The notes below the pieces were generated by a model that saw only the letters and a program-made list of their open reading frames with translations, was not told the origin of the DNA and did no database searches. Shown one piece after another: positions 10,317 to 24,241 of a stretch of DNA of 64,000 nucleotides. Within the stretch, counting starts at the first letter, position 1. Each line of letters opens with the position of its first letter. The stretch is from Phycisphaerae bacterium. Its GTDB lineage: Bacteria; Planctomycetota; Phycisphaerae; UBA1845; Fen-1342. The translations under genes were made by a program, and so were the position numbers. The stretch covers positions 67,384 through 131,383 of the forward strand of contig JASFQK010000017.1 in NCBI GenBank assembly GCA_050115495.1, written 5' to 3'.

Positions 10317-10556
10317 ATTTGAGATCTCAAATTTCAAATCTCAAATCTCAGATCCACCCAACGCCGCCCCGCGTAGCGGGCGGCGGAATCCAGCCCCGGG
10401 TGGAGCGCAGCGGAACCCGGGGGAACGCGCTGCCTCTCCCACCAAGCCCCCGCAGGGGGCGGCGGAACCCGCCGCCCGCCGGCTGACTACCCGCCTCCGA
10501 AGAACACCGACACCTTCCACTCGCCGCGGCCCCCTGTCTGAGATCTCGAATCTCAG
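10317..10556. repeat. Intergenic heptamer repeats (aatctca) flanking a REP-like doublet
   Basis: atttgagatctcaaatttcaaatctcaaatctcagat at 10317-10353; tctgagatctcgaatctcag near 10537; two gccc..gggcggcggaa units between them. Confidence 0.6.
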
Positions 10557-10612
10557 GTCCACGTTCCCCCGCCGCACCCGCACTCGAACACCGCACGCCG
10601 GACTGCCGCCGC

Positions 10613-14491
<3,879 letters not shown>

Positions 14492-14607
14492 GTCGGCAGC
14501 CCTCAAATGGCACGTGGGCGGTGTCCGGAGGCCCCGGTCCACCGTCCGTCAATCCGCATTCGCCGGGAGAAGACACGCGCGGGCCTGTCCGCCGGCGGGC
14601 CCCGCCG

Positions 14608-15228
14608 CTACGCCTCGGGGGCGTCCCGGGTGCGCAACTCGCGCTCCAGCCACGCCCGCACGTAACGCCACTCGCGGCCCACGGTGCCCACGGAAATGCC
14701 CAGGGCGGCGGCGGTTTCGGCCGCGGTCATGCCCGCATAGTAACGCATGTTGACGATCTGCCCCTTGCGGGGGTCGTCCTGCTCCAGCCGCTTGAGGGCC
14801 TCGTCGACGGCCAGCACATCCTCCGCCGGCGGAACGAACGCGGGCTCGACCTCCTCCAGGGCCACCCGGTGCCGCCCCCCGCCACGTTTTCGGGCCATCT
14901 TCCGCCGGGCGTACTCGACCAGGATATCCCGCATGGCCCGAGCGGCGGCGGCGAAGAAGTGCCCCCGCCCATCCCACGATGGGTCGTTCCGGTGAATCAG
15001 CCGCAGGTAGGCTTCGTGGACCAGGGCGGTCGGTTGGAGCGTCTGCCCGGGCGGAATATGCCGTAACCGCGCCCGGGCCAGTGTCCTAAGTTCTTCATAA
15101 ACAAGCGGTAACAGGTCCCGCGACGCCGACGGATCCCCCGCCGTCACGGCCTCCAGCAACCGAGTTGCAGTTCGGCGTTCGTCGGTCGCCACGGTCGCCT
15201 CTCCATGGTCCGATAATTCGACCCACAT
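14608..15228 (-). CDS. ECF sigma factor, TIGR02999-like
   Basis: LLPLVYEELR, TLQPTALVHEAYLRL, FFAAAARAMRDILV, REWRYVRAWL; directly upstream of the kinase; start uncertain. Confidence 0.92.
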   Translation of the reverse strand: MWVELSDHGEATVATDERRTATRLLEAVTAGDPSASRDLLPLVYEELRTLARARLRHIPPGQTLQPTALVHEAYLRLIHRNDPSWDGRGHFFAAAARAMRDILVEYARRKMARKRGGGRHRVALEEVEPAFVPPAEDVLAVDEALKRLEQDDPRKGQIVNMRYYAGMTAAETAAALGISVGTVGREWRYVRAWLERELRTRDAPEA

Positions 15229-15818
15229 ACTCCGCCGCCGATCCCCAACGTTACCAGTGTACGCGACCCATTGCCTCGTTTACACAAACGCACAATTGGC
15301 GGCGTGGGGCCACCCATAACCGCTCCCGACCGACATGTCGCCCTTGGATCGCTTGGACATGGAGGTTCGTCCGTAACGTGCACGCTCGGCGCGAGCACAG
15401 TGCCGGCGAAATCAAGTCTGACACCCACCCGGCAACCCTGCTCTGCCGCGCCCGACGAACGGTCCGGGCCAACATCCGCCAGGGTCGTCACGAAGCCCGC
15501 GCCACGCTCATGGCGAATTCATGGACTCTTCGCATAGCTCCGCGCGGGCCCCGCGCACATGCAGCCCGGGGCAAGAAACCGGGCCGCACATCTCCCCAGC
15601 AAACGCGCCTTCGCGGCGTACCGTGTCCTCACCAGCGATACGCACATCCCGCAGCAATTCGTACACATCCACGCAAGCAGGACAAACCTATCGATTATTC
15701 ATGTGTGCAACGCACTGGAGACAGCCACGGTGCAATACTCACGTGTGACGAGTCCATCGATTGTGTTGTGCTGGCGTACATCTGCATTACGACACCTGTT
15801 GCCTTATGACTATTCTGC

Positions 15819-15847
15819 TTGACAGCCGCTACGGCTCGTGCTATGGT
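15819..15847 (+). promoter_or_regulatory. sigma70-type promoter
   Basis: TTGACA-N17-TATGGT with TGn extended -10, about 120 bp upstream of ATG 15968. Confidence 0.6.
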
Positions 15848-15967
15848 TACACGTGGTTCGGGCGAGCCAATAATCAAGCCATCCAGAGCGAATCGGGTTG
15901 TTTCGCCACAGGGGACACCGTGCGTTTCTGATGCGCGCTGGTGAGAGAGGGTTCCGGGAGGCTACCT

Positions 15968-17839
15968 ATGATATCTCTGTCGGATCGCAGGCGATTCTGG
16001 AAACTCACCGTCGCGATGCTGTCGCTGGCCGGCCTACTCGGCTGCTCCACAGCGTTTCACGAACGCTACTACGTTGGCGTTTACGAGCGCGACGCCACCA
16101 AAGGATCAGAGTCTGAGGGCGGACCAGCCCAGTTCTATCGCTACACGATCGACGGCGCGACGTCGCTGTTCAACAAGACGCGCTACGAAGCCGGCTGGTA
16201 TGATGCGGCTGTCGTGGACAAGCTCTTCGGTGAAGTGCGACCCGGTAGCGCAAAGGTCGCCAGCCGGCAGACGGCCGGAACCGCCCCTCTCATCACGGAC
16301 ATTCCACTGCTCTTCGCGGGCGGCAAGACCGGCCGCGTCGACGCCAGCGAACAGCCCGATCTGGCCGGGACGGCGAAAGCGAAAGAGTGGGCGGTCGTCA
16401 ACGCCGAGGCCACGGCGGCGCGACTGCGTTCCTCTGCCGGGCCGTGGTCCATCCCGTTGGAGAATCTGACGCGCGTGCGCTGTGCCAAGGCGACGTTCCA
16501 CTTCAGGCGTGGCGATTCAAGCGCTGGCGAGAGCCCGCCTCGTATCCTGGTGGACCGCATCGAACTCCACGGCGCCGGTTACGCCACCCTCGCAAACGGA
16601 GAGGGGTTCCTGCCGACCACCGAAGACGCCAGCGGGTTCTTCGGCGACATCATCCCCGGGGCGGATGCCGGTCGCTTCTCCGCCGGTCTGCTCGATTCAC
16701 TGTGGGTGGCCGGTGCGCGAACGACGGTGGTCGGCCAGATGGCCCGCGGCAGCGGCGACGACTGGAGTGGCCCGGCCGCATACGGGGAGAGCAACTCGCA
16801 GTTCCACCACGCCGAATGGGGCCAGCACGAAGCGAAGATCGTCGACGGGGCGGTGGAAAGTGGTGGTGCCGCCGGCCGCATCGTGGCGGTGGACTCGCAC
16901 GGGCATTTCACCGATGTGCACGGCTTCAGCGCCACCGCCGGCTGGCTGGCCCAGGCCGTGGCGGCCCGGCTCACGCTCGAGGGTGTCCAGGTGACGTGGC
17001 CCACCGAGACGAACGAGACGTGGGTGTTGGTCCTGAGCGATGGGCAGGTGACAACGTCGTTCGACTTCACCACAGATGATGCATCGTCGCGTCGACTGAC
17101 GGAGTACAAGAACAGCCTGAAGCCGTCGACACAGCCGGTCGAGGCCATCGCCCCGCTGGAGTTGGCCGATGTGACGCTGACTCCCCAGGACGCGAGCGAC
17201 AAGCGTCACGTGAGGGCGGTGTCGGCGGAGACGTGGAAGAACTGGATGGCGAATCCGGGGCAAGGCGGCAACTCCGCCCCGACGGCGGCGAAGGTCGTCA
17301 CGAGTGAGATCACCGCCGAGCACCTCGCCGTGCAATCGGGGAACATCAAGTTGACGTTGACGACCGCCGTCGAGCAGGCCCGTCAGGCCGGCAACCGCGT
17401 GGTGCTGAAGGGTCCCGAACAGGCCACATTCTACAACTTCGGGCCCGAAGGCGTGCGCGAGGCGCAGCGCGAGAACGAGCGACTGGTTGTTTTCATGAGC
17501 GCCAGCCCGCGCGTACTGGTCAACCACATCCGGGCGTTGGTCAATGCTCGCCAAACACAGCAGGTCGTCGCCTCCGCGCTGCTTGCCCCGAGGCTGATCG
17601 AGGACGCGCGGCGAGCCAAAGAGAGCCGGTCTGCCGTTGACGAAGCAAAGGCCCTGGCGAAGGAAATGGCGGACTACATCGTTTCGGACTCGTTCAACGG
17701 CGCCGACCTGCCAACGCTGCAACAGAAGGCGATCGGTTGGCTGGCCCGCACCGGTGGGGACAACACGGGGATGAGCGCTTGGCTGAGCGTGGTGCTGGAT
17801 GGACTCCGGGCCACCCATGGAGAAACGGACCATGAGTAA
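15968..17839 (+). CDS. Hypothetical lipoprotein
   Basis: GGGAGG RBS; RRR plus hydrophobic stretch plus LLGC lipobox; long ORF with no recognised domain. Confidence 0.75.
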   Translation: MISLSDRRRFWKLTVAMLSLAGLLGCSTAFHERYYVGVYERDATKGSESEGGPAQFYRYTIDGATSLFNKTRYEAGWYDAAVVDKLFGEVRPGSAKVASRQTAGTAPLITDIPLLFAGGKTGRVDASEQPDLAGTAKAKEWAVVNAEATAARLRSSAGPWSIPLENLTRVRCAKATFHFRRGDSSAGESPPRILVDRIELHGAGYATLANGEGFLPTTEDASGFFGDIIPGADAGRFSAGLLDSLWVAGARTTVVGQMARGSGDDWSGPAAYGESNSQFHHAEWGQHEAKIVDGAVESGGAAGRIVAVDSHGHFTDVHGFSATAGWLAQAVAARLTLEGVQVTWPTETNETWVLVLSDGQVTTSFDFTTDDASSRRLTEYKNSLKPSTQPVEAIAPLELADVTLTPQDASDKRHVRAVSAETWKNWMANPGQGGNSAPTAAKVVTSEITAEHLAVQSGNIKLTLTTAVEQARQAGNRVVLKGPEQATFYNFGPEGVREAQRENERLVVFMSASPRVLVNHIRALVNARQTQQVVASALLAPRLIEDARRAKESRSAVDEAKALAKEMADYIVSDSFNGADLPTLQQKAIGWLARTGGDNTGMSAWLSVVLDGLRATHGETDHE

Positions 17840-19031
17840 AATGGTGATCGAAATACGACCGCAGCCGGCCCGTCGCGCCACCGCCCTCGGCTTCGGGTTG
17901 GCCGTGTGTGTGCTGTGTTCGTGCACGGCCGGCTGCGCGGCGCTCAAGATTCAGGTGGACGTGTACAAGGGCGAGCTCATCCGCACGAAGGAAGCGAGGC
18001 TCGCCGAGGCCGTTGCCATCTCGCGAAACACCTATCACTGGGTGAAGGACTACCAAGTGCCGCGTGACGAAGACGTCAGTGAGCGCGGCGCAGGCCGCAG
18101 TGGCATGCCGGCCGATGAGCTGGGGCACTTGGCCGCGTATCGCCGGCAGGCCGTGGATGTCTACGAAGGAGTTGGCGGCAGTCCCGGCATCGAGAAGCTC
18201 TGGGCTGCCTATCTCGCAGACCCTGGCAACCGCGCCAACACGGAAGCACTCGCCAAGCAACTGGTTCTCTTTGGGTCAGCGGCACAGGGCCTGGGTCGCG
18301 GGCAGGGCCTGGGCCCGGCGGTGGAGCTCGCGTCGCGTCCGGGGAAGGTCAGTGCGCTCTTCAACTGGCGGAACATGCGGGACGACCTCGAGGAAGGCAT
18401 CACGCTGGAAGAAGCCGGCAACTGGATCGTCTCCCTAGCGGATTCCGTGCTCGACAAGAGCGAGCGCAGTTCGATCGCTGCCATCATGGAATCCGTGTCT
18501 TTCGGGCACGTGGCCACGGTCACCGCGGCCAATACAGGTGGCGATTCGGGGACTCTCAGCAGCATTGACGAGCGTTACTGGCACAACATCAACCACGTGA
18601 AGGTGTTCGGCGCCGGCGAGACGGAGTTCGTGCTCGCCAAGGACGACATCGGCAACTGGCACATCAAGAGCGTCCAGACCAGCCAGGACGAAATCGTCAA
18701 CGCGATCTTCGACGGAGCTGAGTCCGTTATCACAGTCCTCGCGGCCCAATATGGGATCACCGGCGGAGGCCAGCCTTTGGAGAAAAACCGTGACCCGGCG
18801 AATCTGATCTCCAAGGACTACATCAACCGCCAGACCAACGCCGACTCCGCCGAACGCATCACCCGACGCGTGCGCAACGCGCAGCTCGGCCTCGCCGCGA
18901 TGCTCATCTCGACGTCGCGAGCCAGTTCGCCGGCCCAGGCCCAGGCCCTGCTTCGCGCCGCGGCTGCAGCGTTCAACAGCCAGCTCCAGGGGCTTGAATC
19001 GGGCGACGAACCCGCCAAGGGCTCGTCCTGA
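17832..19031 (+). CDS. Hypothetical lipoprotein
   Basis: Overlaps previous stop by 8 nt; signal ending TAGC; no recognised domain. Confidence 0.75.
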   Translation: MSKMVIEIRPQPARRATALGFGLAVCVLCSCTAGCAALKIQVDVYKGELIRTKEARLAEAVAISRNTYHWVKDYQVPRDEDVSERGAGRSGMPADELGHLAAYRRQAVDVYEGVGGSPGIEKLWAAYLADPGNRANTEALAKQLVLFGSAAQGLGRGQGLGPAVELASRPGKVSALFNWRNMRDDLEEGITLEEAGNWIVSLADSVLDKSERSSIAAIMESVSFGHVATVTAANTGGDSGTLSSIDERYWHNINHVKVFGAGETEFVLAKDDIGNWHIKSVQTSQDEIVNAIFDGAESVITVLAAQYGITGGGQPLEKNRDPANLISKDYINRQTNADSAERITRRVRNAQLGLAAMLISTSRASSPAQAQALLRAAAAAFNSQLQGLESGDEPAKGSS

Positions 19032-19089
19032 CGGCCCGACGCGTCATCGAGCCGTCCGCACGGGACCGGCAGCGCCTGGCAGAGGACGC

Positions 19090-21038
19090 CTAGAGTGTCG
19101 CGCCGCCGGCGTTGACGGTCCTCGGCTCACCCTGCCCGCTGACGATCGCGGCCAGGCCGTCCATCATGCCCTTCAGCGTCGCCGACTGGGCGTTGAGCTC
19201 TTCGGAGGCACTGGCTAGCTCCTCGGCACCGGAGGCGTTCAGCTCGGTGACCTTGTCCATCTCCGAGACGCCGCGGTTCACCTGGTCCACGCCCTGGGCC
19301 TGCTCCTGGCTGGCCTGGGCGATGGCGTTGATCAGGTCGGTGATCTTGTTCACGTCGCCGACCATCGTGCCCAGGGCCTGAGCCACTTCGCCCGCCACTT
19401 CCGCCCCCTCCTTCGTCTTGCCGATCGAGTCCTGAATCAGACCCGTCGTGTCGCCGGCGGCCTGCGCGGCCCGCTGCGCCAGGTTGCGAACCTCGTCCGC
19501 CACGACGGCGAAGCCCTTGCCATGCTCACCGGCCCGGGCTGCCTCGACCGCCGCATTCAGGGCCAGCAGGTTCGTCTGGAAGGCGATCTCCTCGATCACC
19601 TTGATGATCTTGCTGATTTGGCCCGAGGACTCGTTAATGGCCGTCATCGCGGTGTCGAGCCGCGCCATGGTCTGGTCGCCGTGTTCGGCCGCAGTCCTCG
19701 CCTGCGCGCTGAGCTCGCTGGCCTCCTGGGCCCGCCCGGCGTTGGCCCGTGTTGTGCCGGCCACTTCCCCCAGCGCCCGGGAGGATTGCTGCAACGCCGC
19801 CGACTGCTCGCTGGCCCCCTGGGCGATGCGCTGAGATGCGGACGACACCTCCGACGCCGCGTCGTGCACCTGGTCCGCTCCGGCGTTCAGCCCCTCGATA
19901 AGCCGGTTGATCGGGCCGGTAACCCGCGCCCGCACGTAGACGGCGGCGACGGCGAAGACGACCAGCGCCAGCCCCAGCGCCGCGTACTGCGTGTTCTGCA
20001 TGAGCGCCGAGCGCGCCTCGGAGCTCTCCTGCATCAGGCCGACGACCTTGTTCATCTCCGCCAGCAGTGTCGTGTTCTGGGTCAGCACAATGTTGAGCGA
20101 CGGCAGGAATGCCTTGCTCTCCTGGGCCTTTTCCGCCATCACCACGTCCACGCTGGCGTTGAACCTCTCCCACAATTCGCCCACCTTCTGCAGCTCGGCG
20201 CGGATGTGCTCCTCGCGGCACGCCGGCAGAATAGGCCGCTCGTCGCCCATCGGCGCCGGTCCGCCGTTCAGCAGGGCCTTCAGCGTTTCGTCGAACATGG
20301 CCCGCGCGGCCAGCGCCTCGGTCCGATACTCCTCGGCGTTCTTGGCGCGCGTCGGCCACGCCACGGACATCGCCCCGCGGATATCCCCCAGCTCATAGCC
20401 GGCGGCCAGGTCGCTGTTGTAGTTCTGCTGGAACACCGCGGGCACCTCTTCCGGCGTACCGTGGCACGTCAGGCAGGACTCGGTGGCCACCAGCGGCCGC
20501 ATGTACCGCATGGTCACCTGGCCGTTCTCAACGACCTTCTCGTTCCAATCCCGATCCTGCCACTCGGTTGGATGCGCCTCCATCTGCGCCAGCATCTTCT
20601 CCTCGTAGGCGTCCGGCTTGTTGGCTTCGTTCAGGTACTTCCGCGACACCTGCCGTACGGACAGCGGCTTGCCTGTCGTGAAGTGCTCCGCGATCACGCG
20701 CACGGCCACCGCTGGCGCGAATTCCAGCGTCTCCGTGGTAAGTTGAAGTCTCCCGCCGGCGTGGCTTCGGCGATCGCCCGGGACAGGTGCTCGCGCGTCT
20801 CGATCAGCAGGTCCACCTGCTTGCGGGCCTCGTCCACCTCGCGCAGCTCGATCACATAGCCCAGCGCCGCCTTGGTCAGCTTCTGCGTCAGCATCCGCTG
20901 GCGTCCGGCGAGGTTGATCACCACTGCGTCGGCTTTCTGCGCCGAGGTAACCCAGTAGGTCACGCCGGCCACTCCGGCCATCAGCCCCGCGAACAGACCC
21001 ATCACCCCCAGGACTTTCGCGTTCAATGACATCGACAT
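19090..21038 (-). pseudogene. Methyl-accepting chemotaxis protein (PilJ/NarX-like + DUF3365-like heme-c sensor), frameshifted near 20740
   Basis: 5' ORF has TM + [13 protein letters not shown]; 3' ORF has CLTCH, TM and [30 protein letters not shown]; the frames differ by 1 nt at ttcaacttacc. Confidence 0.85.
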
Positions 21039-21296
21039 ACGCATCGACCCTCGCACGTAACCCGTCGGTTCACCGGCGGCCCTCGCCCGGCTCGCCGGCG
21101 CCCACCGCGGTGCAGCAGGCAAACATGTCCGCTCGGCAATGGAGCAAGCGTCCAGCGCCGGCCGTCCCCTGAGACCGGCTGGCAACCTGCCGCGCCATCA
21201 CCGCCCCGCTCATACGTCTACATGACTTCTGTCACAGCTCGCGCGTCGACCTGAGGGGGACAGCCCAACTGCGTTCAGTCAGGCCGTATGGGGTAA

Positions 21297-21322
21297 ATCG
21301 GTTCGCCGCTCCAGGTGCGTGA
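21297..21322 (-). promoter_or_regulatory. sigma28-like promoter motif for leftward MCP
   Basis: TCACGC-N11-CGAACCGAT, identical arms and spacing to 21516-21541. Confidence 0.55.
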
Positions 21323-21515
21323 GTTCCGGCCGGCAACTTCCGCGGCCCGCGGCGCCAATGCGCGGAGACCGCCATTGGCGTCATCGCCTACAGCAGATGT
21401 AGCCAATATCCACGGCTGGCTACAAGTCATCGCGAGTCGCCGTGTCGCTGGTATTGTGGTGAAGACGGATCGGTGGTGTCGGGCTCGGCTGCCGCAGGCG
21501 GACGGCCCCCGCTAA

Positions 21516-21541
21516 TCACGCGTCAGCAGACTCGAACCGAT
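21516..21541 (+). promoter_or_regulatory. sigma28-like promoter motif for rightward MCP
   Basis: TCACGC-N11-CGAACCGAT about 100 bp upstream of ATG 21640. Confidence 0.55.
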
Positions 21542-21639
21542 GCTGCCTGCAGGACACTGCCGTCCGCTTTTGACGCCGGGCAGCGTGGGTAACAGGGAGC
21601 CTGCCGGCGCGCTCACGTTCATGCAGGAGTGCAAACCCC

Positions 21640-23178
21640 ATGGGATTCAGAGCTAAGATTGTGCTGGCGGGCGTGCTGTCGCTGCTGGCGCTGGCCGGAA
21701 TCATGTTCTGGCTGTACGCGAAGGACTCGCGGGCAACGGTGCAAAAGCACTACATCGAGAAGGCGCGGAGCATCGTGCTGGCCGTCGAATCGATGCGGGA
21801 GGAAATGGCCTCCAAGTGGAAGGCGGGTATCTTCACGCCCGAGCAAATGCGAGCCTGGGCGCAGGAGGGGCAGCTCGACAAGATTCTGCACGCGATACCG
21901 GTGGTGAGCGCCTGGCGCGCGGCCATGGCCAAGTCGAAGGAAGTCGGCTACGAGTTCCGCGTGCCGAGGTTCCATCCGCGCAATCCCAAGAACACGCCCG
22001 ATGAAGTCGAGGGCCGCGTCCTCAAGATGTTCGCCGAAACAGGGACCCCCGAGCACTACGAGATCGACCCGGCCCTCAACGCCATCCGCTACTTCCGGCC
22101 GATCCGGCTGACGGACGACTGCCTAATGTGTCACGGCGATCCAGCGACGTCCATGACGGTGTGGGGCAACGACCGGGGTGTGGACCCGACGGGCGTTCGC
22201 CTGGAGAACTGGAAGACGGGTGAGGTCCACGGGGCGTTCGAAGTGGTGCAGCCGCTGGCTGAAGCGGACCAGGCGCTGGCCACGACCATGTGGCGTGGCA
22301 CGGGTATCGTCGCCATGCTCGTCGGCCTGAGTGCCGTGGCGCTGTTCCTGGTCGTGACGCGAGTGGTGATGCGCAACGTTATCCGGCCGGTGCAGGGCAT
22401 CGCCGGCAAGCTCGACGAAGGCGCTGAGCAGGTCAACGAAGCCTCAGCCCAGGTGGCGAACGCGTCGAGCATGCTCGCCCAAGGTGCCAGCGACCAGGCC
22501 GCGGCGTTGGAAGAGGCGTCCGGCTCGCTGACGCAGGTCGCGTCGATGAGCCAGGAGAACGCGAAGAGCGCGGCGGACGTAAATCGCCTGAGCCGCGACG
22601 CGTGCGATACCGCACAATCCTGCGATCAGACAATGCACCGGCTCAGCGGGGCGATGGTGGCGATCAACGACTCCGCCGGCGCGATCCGCAAGATCATCAA
22701 GGTAATCGAGGAGATCGCCTTCCAGACCAACCTGCTGGCCCTGAACGCGGCGGTCGAGGCGGCCCGGGCCGGCGAACAAGGCAAGGGTTTCGCAGTGGTC
22801 GCCCAGGAAGTGCGCTCGCTGGCGCAGCGTGCAGCGCAGGCCACGGGCGAAACGACCGCCCTGATCGAGACGTCCGTCGAACGGGCCCGCGAAGGCAGCG
22901 AAGTGTCGACGGAAGTCACGTCGGCGATGAGCCTGATCGTGACGGGCGTAACACAGGTGTCGGACCTAGTGGGCGGTATCTCCAAAGCGAGCACCGACCA
23001 GGCCGAAGCCGTGGATCAACTCAACAAGGCCATCACTCAGCTCAACTCGGCGACGCAGCAGAATGCGTCGGCGTCCGAGGAGTCGGCGTCGGCGTCCGAG
23101 GAACTCTCGGCCCAGGCGGAAACCGTGCGGAACACCGTCGTCGAGCTGATGCGCGTGGCGGGAATCAAGCGGCGCTGA
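21640..23178 (+). CDS. Methyl-accepting chemotaxis protein with periplasmic DUF3365-like heme-c domain
   Basis: Two TMs; [33 protein letters not shown] signalling hairpin motif. Confidence 0.93.
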   Translation: MGFRAKIVLAGVLSLLALAGIMFWLYAKDSRATVQKHYIEKARSIVLAVESMREEMASKWKAGIFTPEQMRAWAQEGQLDKILHAIPVVSAWRAAMAKSKEVGYEFRVPRFHPRNPKNTPDEVEGRVLKMFAETGTPEHYEIDPALNAIRYFRPIRLTDDCLMCHGDPATSMTVWGNDRGVDPTGVRLENWKTGEVHGAFEVVQPLAEADQALATTMWRGTGIVAMLVGLSAVALFLVVTRVVMRNVIRPVQGIAGKLDEGAEQVNEASAQVANASSMLAQGASDQAAALEEASGSLTQVASMSQENAKSAADVNRLSRDACDTAQSCDQTMHRLSGAMVAINDSAGAIRKIIKVIEEIAFQTNLLALNAAVEAARAGEQGKGFAVVAQEVRSLAQRAAQATGETTALIETSVERAREGSEVSTEVTSAMSLIVTGVTQVSDLVGGISKASTDQAEAVDQLNKAITQLNSATQQNASASEESASASEELSAQAETVRNTVVELMRVAGIKRR

Positions 23179-23295
23179 TCCTGGCGCGACGAATAGACGG
23201 AGGGTGACGGCGAAAGCGGGCGGCGTGGCGCGCCGTCTGCGTCTGGGCGGCCAACGCGCTCCCACTCCCCCCCTCGGGCCGCCGGACCCGCTACA

Positions 23296-23988
23296 ATGCC
23301 CGCCATGACCACGCCCCTTCACCTTGATGTCCGCACCGGCTACGACCGCTGGGCCGAGATCTACGATGACGAGGACAACCCCCTCATCCTGCTCGAAGGC
23401 CCCGTCGTTCGCGACTGGATCGGCGAGCCCCGCGGCCTGCGCGCCGCCGACGTCGGCTGCGGCACCGGTCGCCACGCCGTCTGGCTCGCCCAAGCCGGCG
23501 CGACGGTCGACGCCTACGACAGTTCACCCGGCATGATGGCCCGGGCCCGCACCAAGCTCGACCTCCCCGGCGTCCGCTTCGTCGAGCACAGCCTGCCCAA
23601 CCCCCTGCCCGCCCCCGACAACACCTACGACCTCGTCCTCCTCGCCCTCGTCGCCGACCACCTCGCCCAACCCCGCCAGACCCTCGAAGACCTCCGCCGC
23701 GTGCTCCGCCCCGGCGGCTCTCTGATCTTCACGGTGCTCCATCCGGCGATGAACCTGCTGGGGATCACGGCCCGCTTCGCCGACCCGCAGACGGGGCAGG
23801 AGGTGCGCGTCGCCGCCTTCGACCACACGTTCAGCGATTACGTGATGGCGGCACTGCGGGCGGGCCTGACGATCGACGAGCTCATCGAGCGCAAGGCCGA
23901 CGCCGACCTGGCCGCTCGCACTGCGCGGGCGGAGAAGTATCTCGGCTGGCCGATGCTGCTGGCGATGCGCCTGCGCAAGCCGGCCTGA
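23296..23988 (+). CDS. Class I SAM-dependent methyltransferase
   Basis: DVGCGTG motif I; RVLRPGG. Confidence 0.9.
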   Translation: MPAMTTPLHLDVRTGYDRWAEIYDDEDNPLILLEGPVVRDWIGEPRGLRAADVGCGTGRHAVWLAQAGATVDAYDSSPGMMARARTKLDLPGVRFVEHSLPNPLPAPDNTYDLVLLALVADHLAQPRQTLEDLRRVLRPGGSLIFTVLHPAMNLLGITARFADPQTGQEVRVAAFDHTFSDYVMAALRAGLTIDELIERKADADLAARTARAEKYLGWPMLLAMRLRKPA

Positions 23989-24100
23989 CGCCGGAAGCAG
24001 CCTACTAACTACTGCCACTACAACAACTTACTTACGACCACCCAGTCCGGGACGCGATTGAGGCCGAGCGGATCAGCCGCCCAGGCTTGCCGTCCGCCAT

Positions 24101-24130
24101 TCAGGCCACGTGCGGCTTTTGTCCGATATT
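24101..24130 (+). promoter_or_regulatory. Conserved promoter-like motif upstream of surface protein 1
   Basis: TCAGG-N16-TCCGATAT; same spacing as 27730-27758. Confidence 0.45.
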
Positions 24131-24241
24131 CACTGTCGCCTTTATTGTTATCTGTGTCGTGCTCGCGATACGGCGCAGGGGAGCCTGAGCGTCGTGCAGG
24201 CCTATGCCACGCGGCGGTGCCCTGTCGGAGAACGAACAACC

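Noticed and set aside
15229..15818. ncRNA, riboswitch or small gene in the long spacer
   Set aside because: No recognisable riboswitch or tRNA pattern; the short ORFs lack coding bias; recurring cacatc words are irregularly spaced.
20730..20765. Programmed ribosomal frameshift or phase-variable tract
   Set aside because: No X XXY YYZ heptamer or homopolymer at the junction.
21176..21198. sigma54 promoter for the leftward MCP
   Set aside because: GG-to-GC spacing is 11 nt rather than the strict 10.
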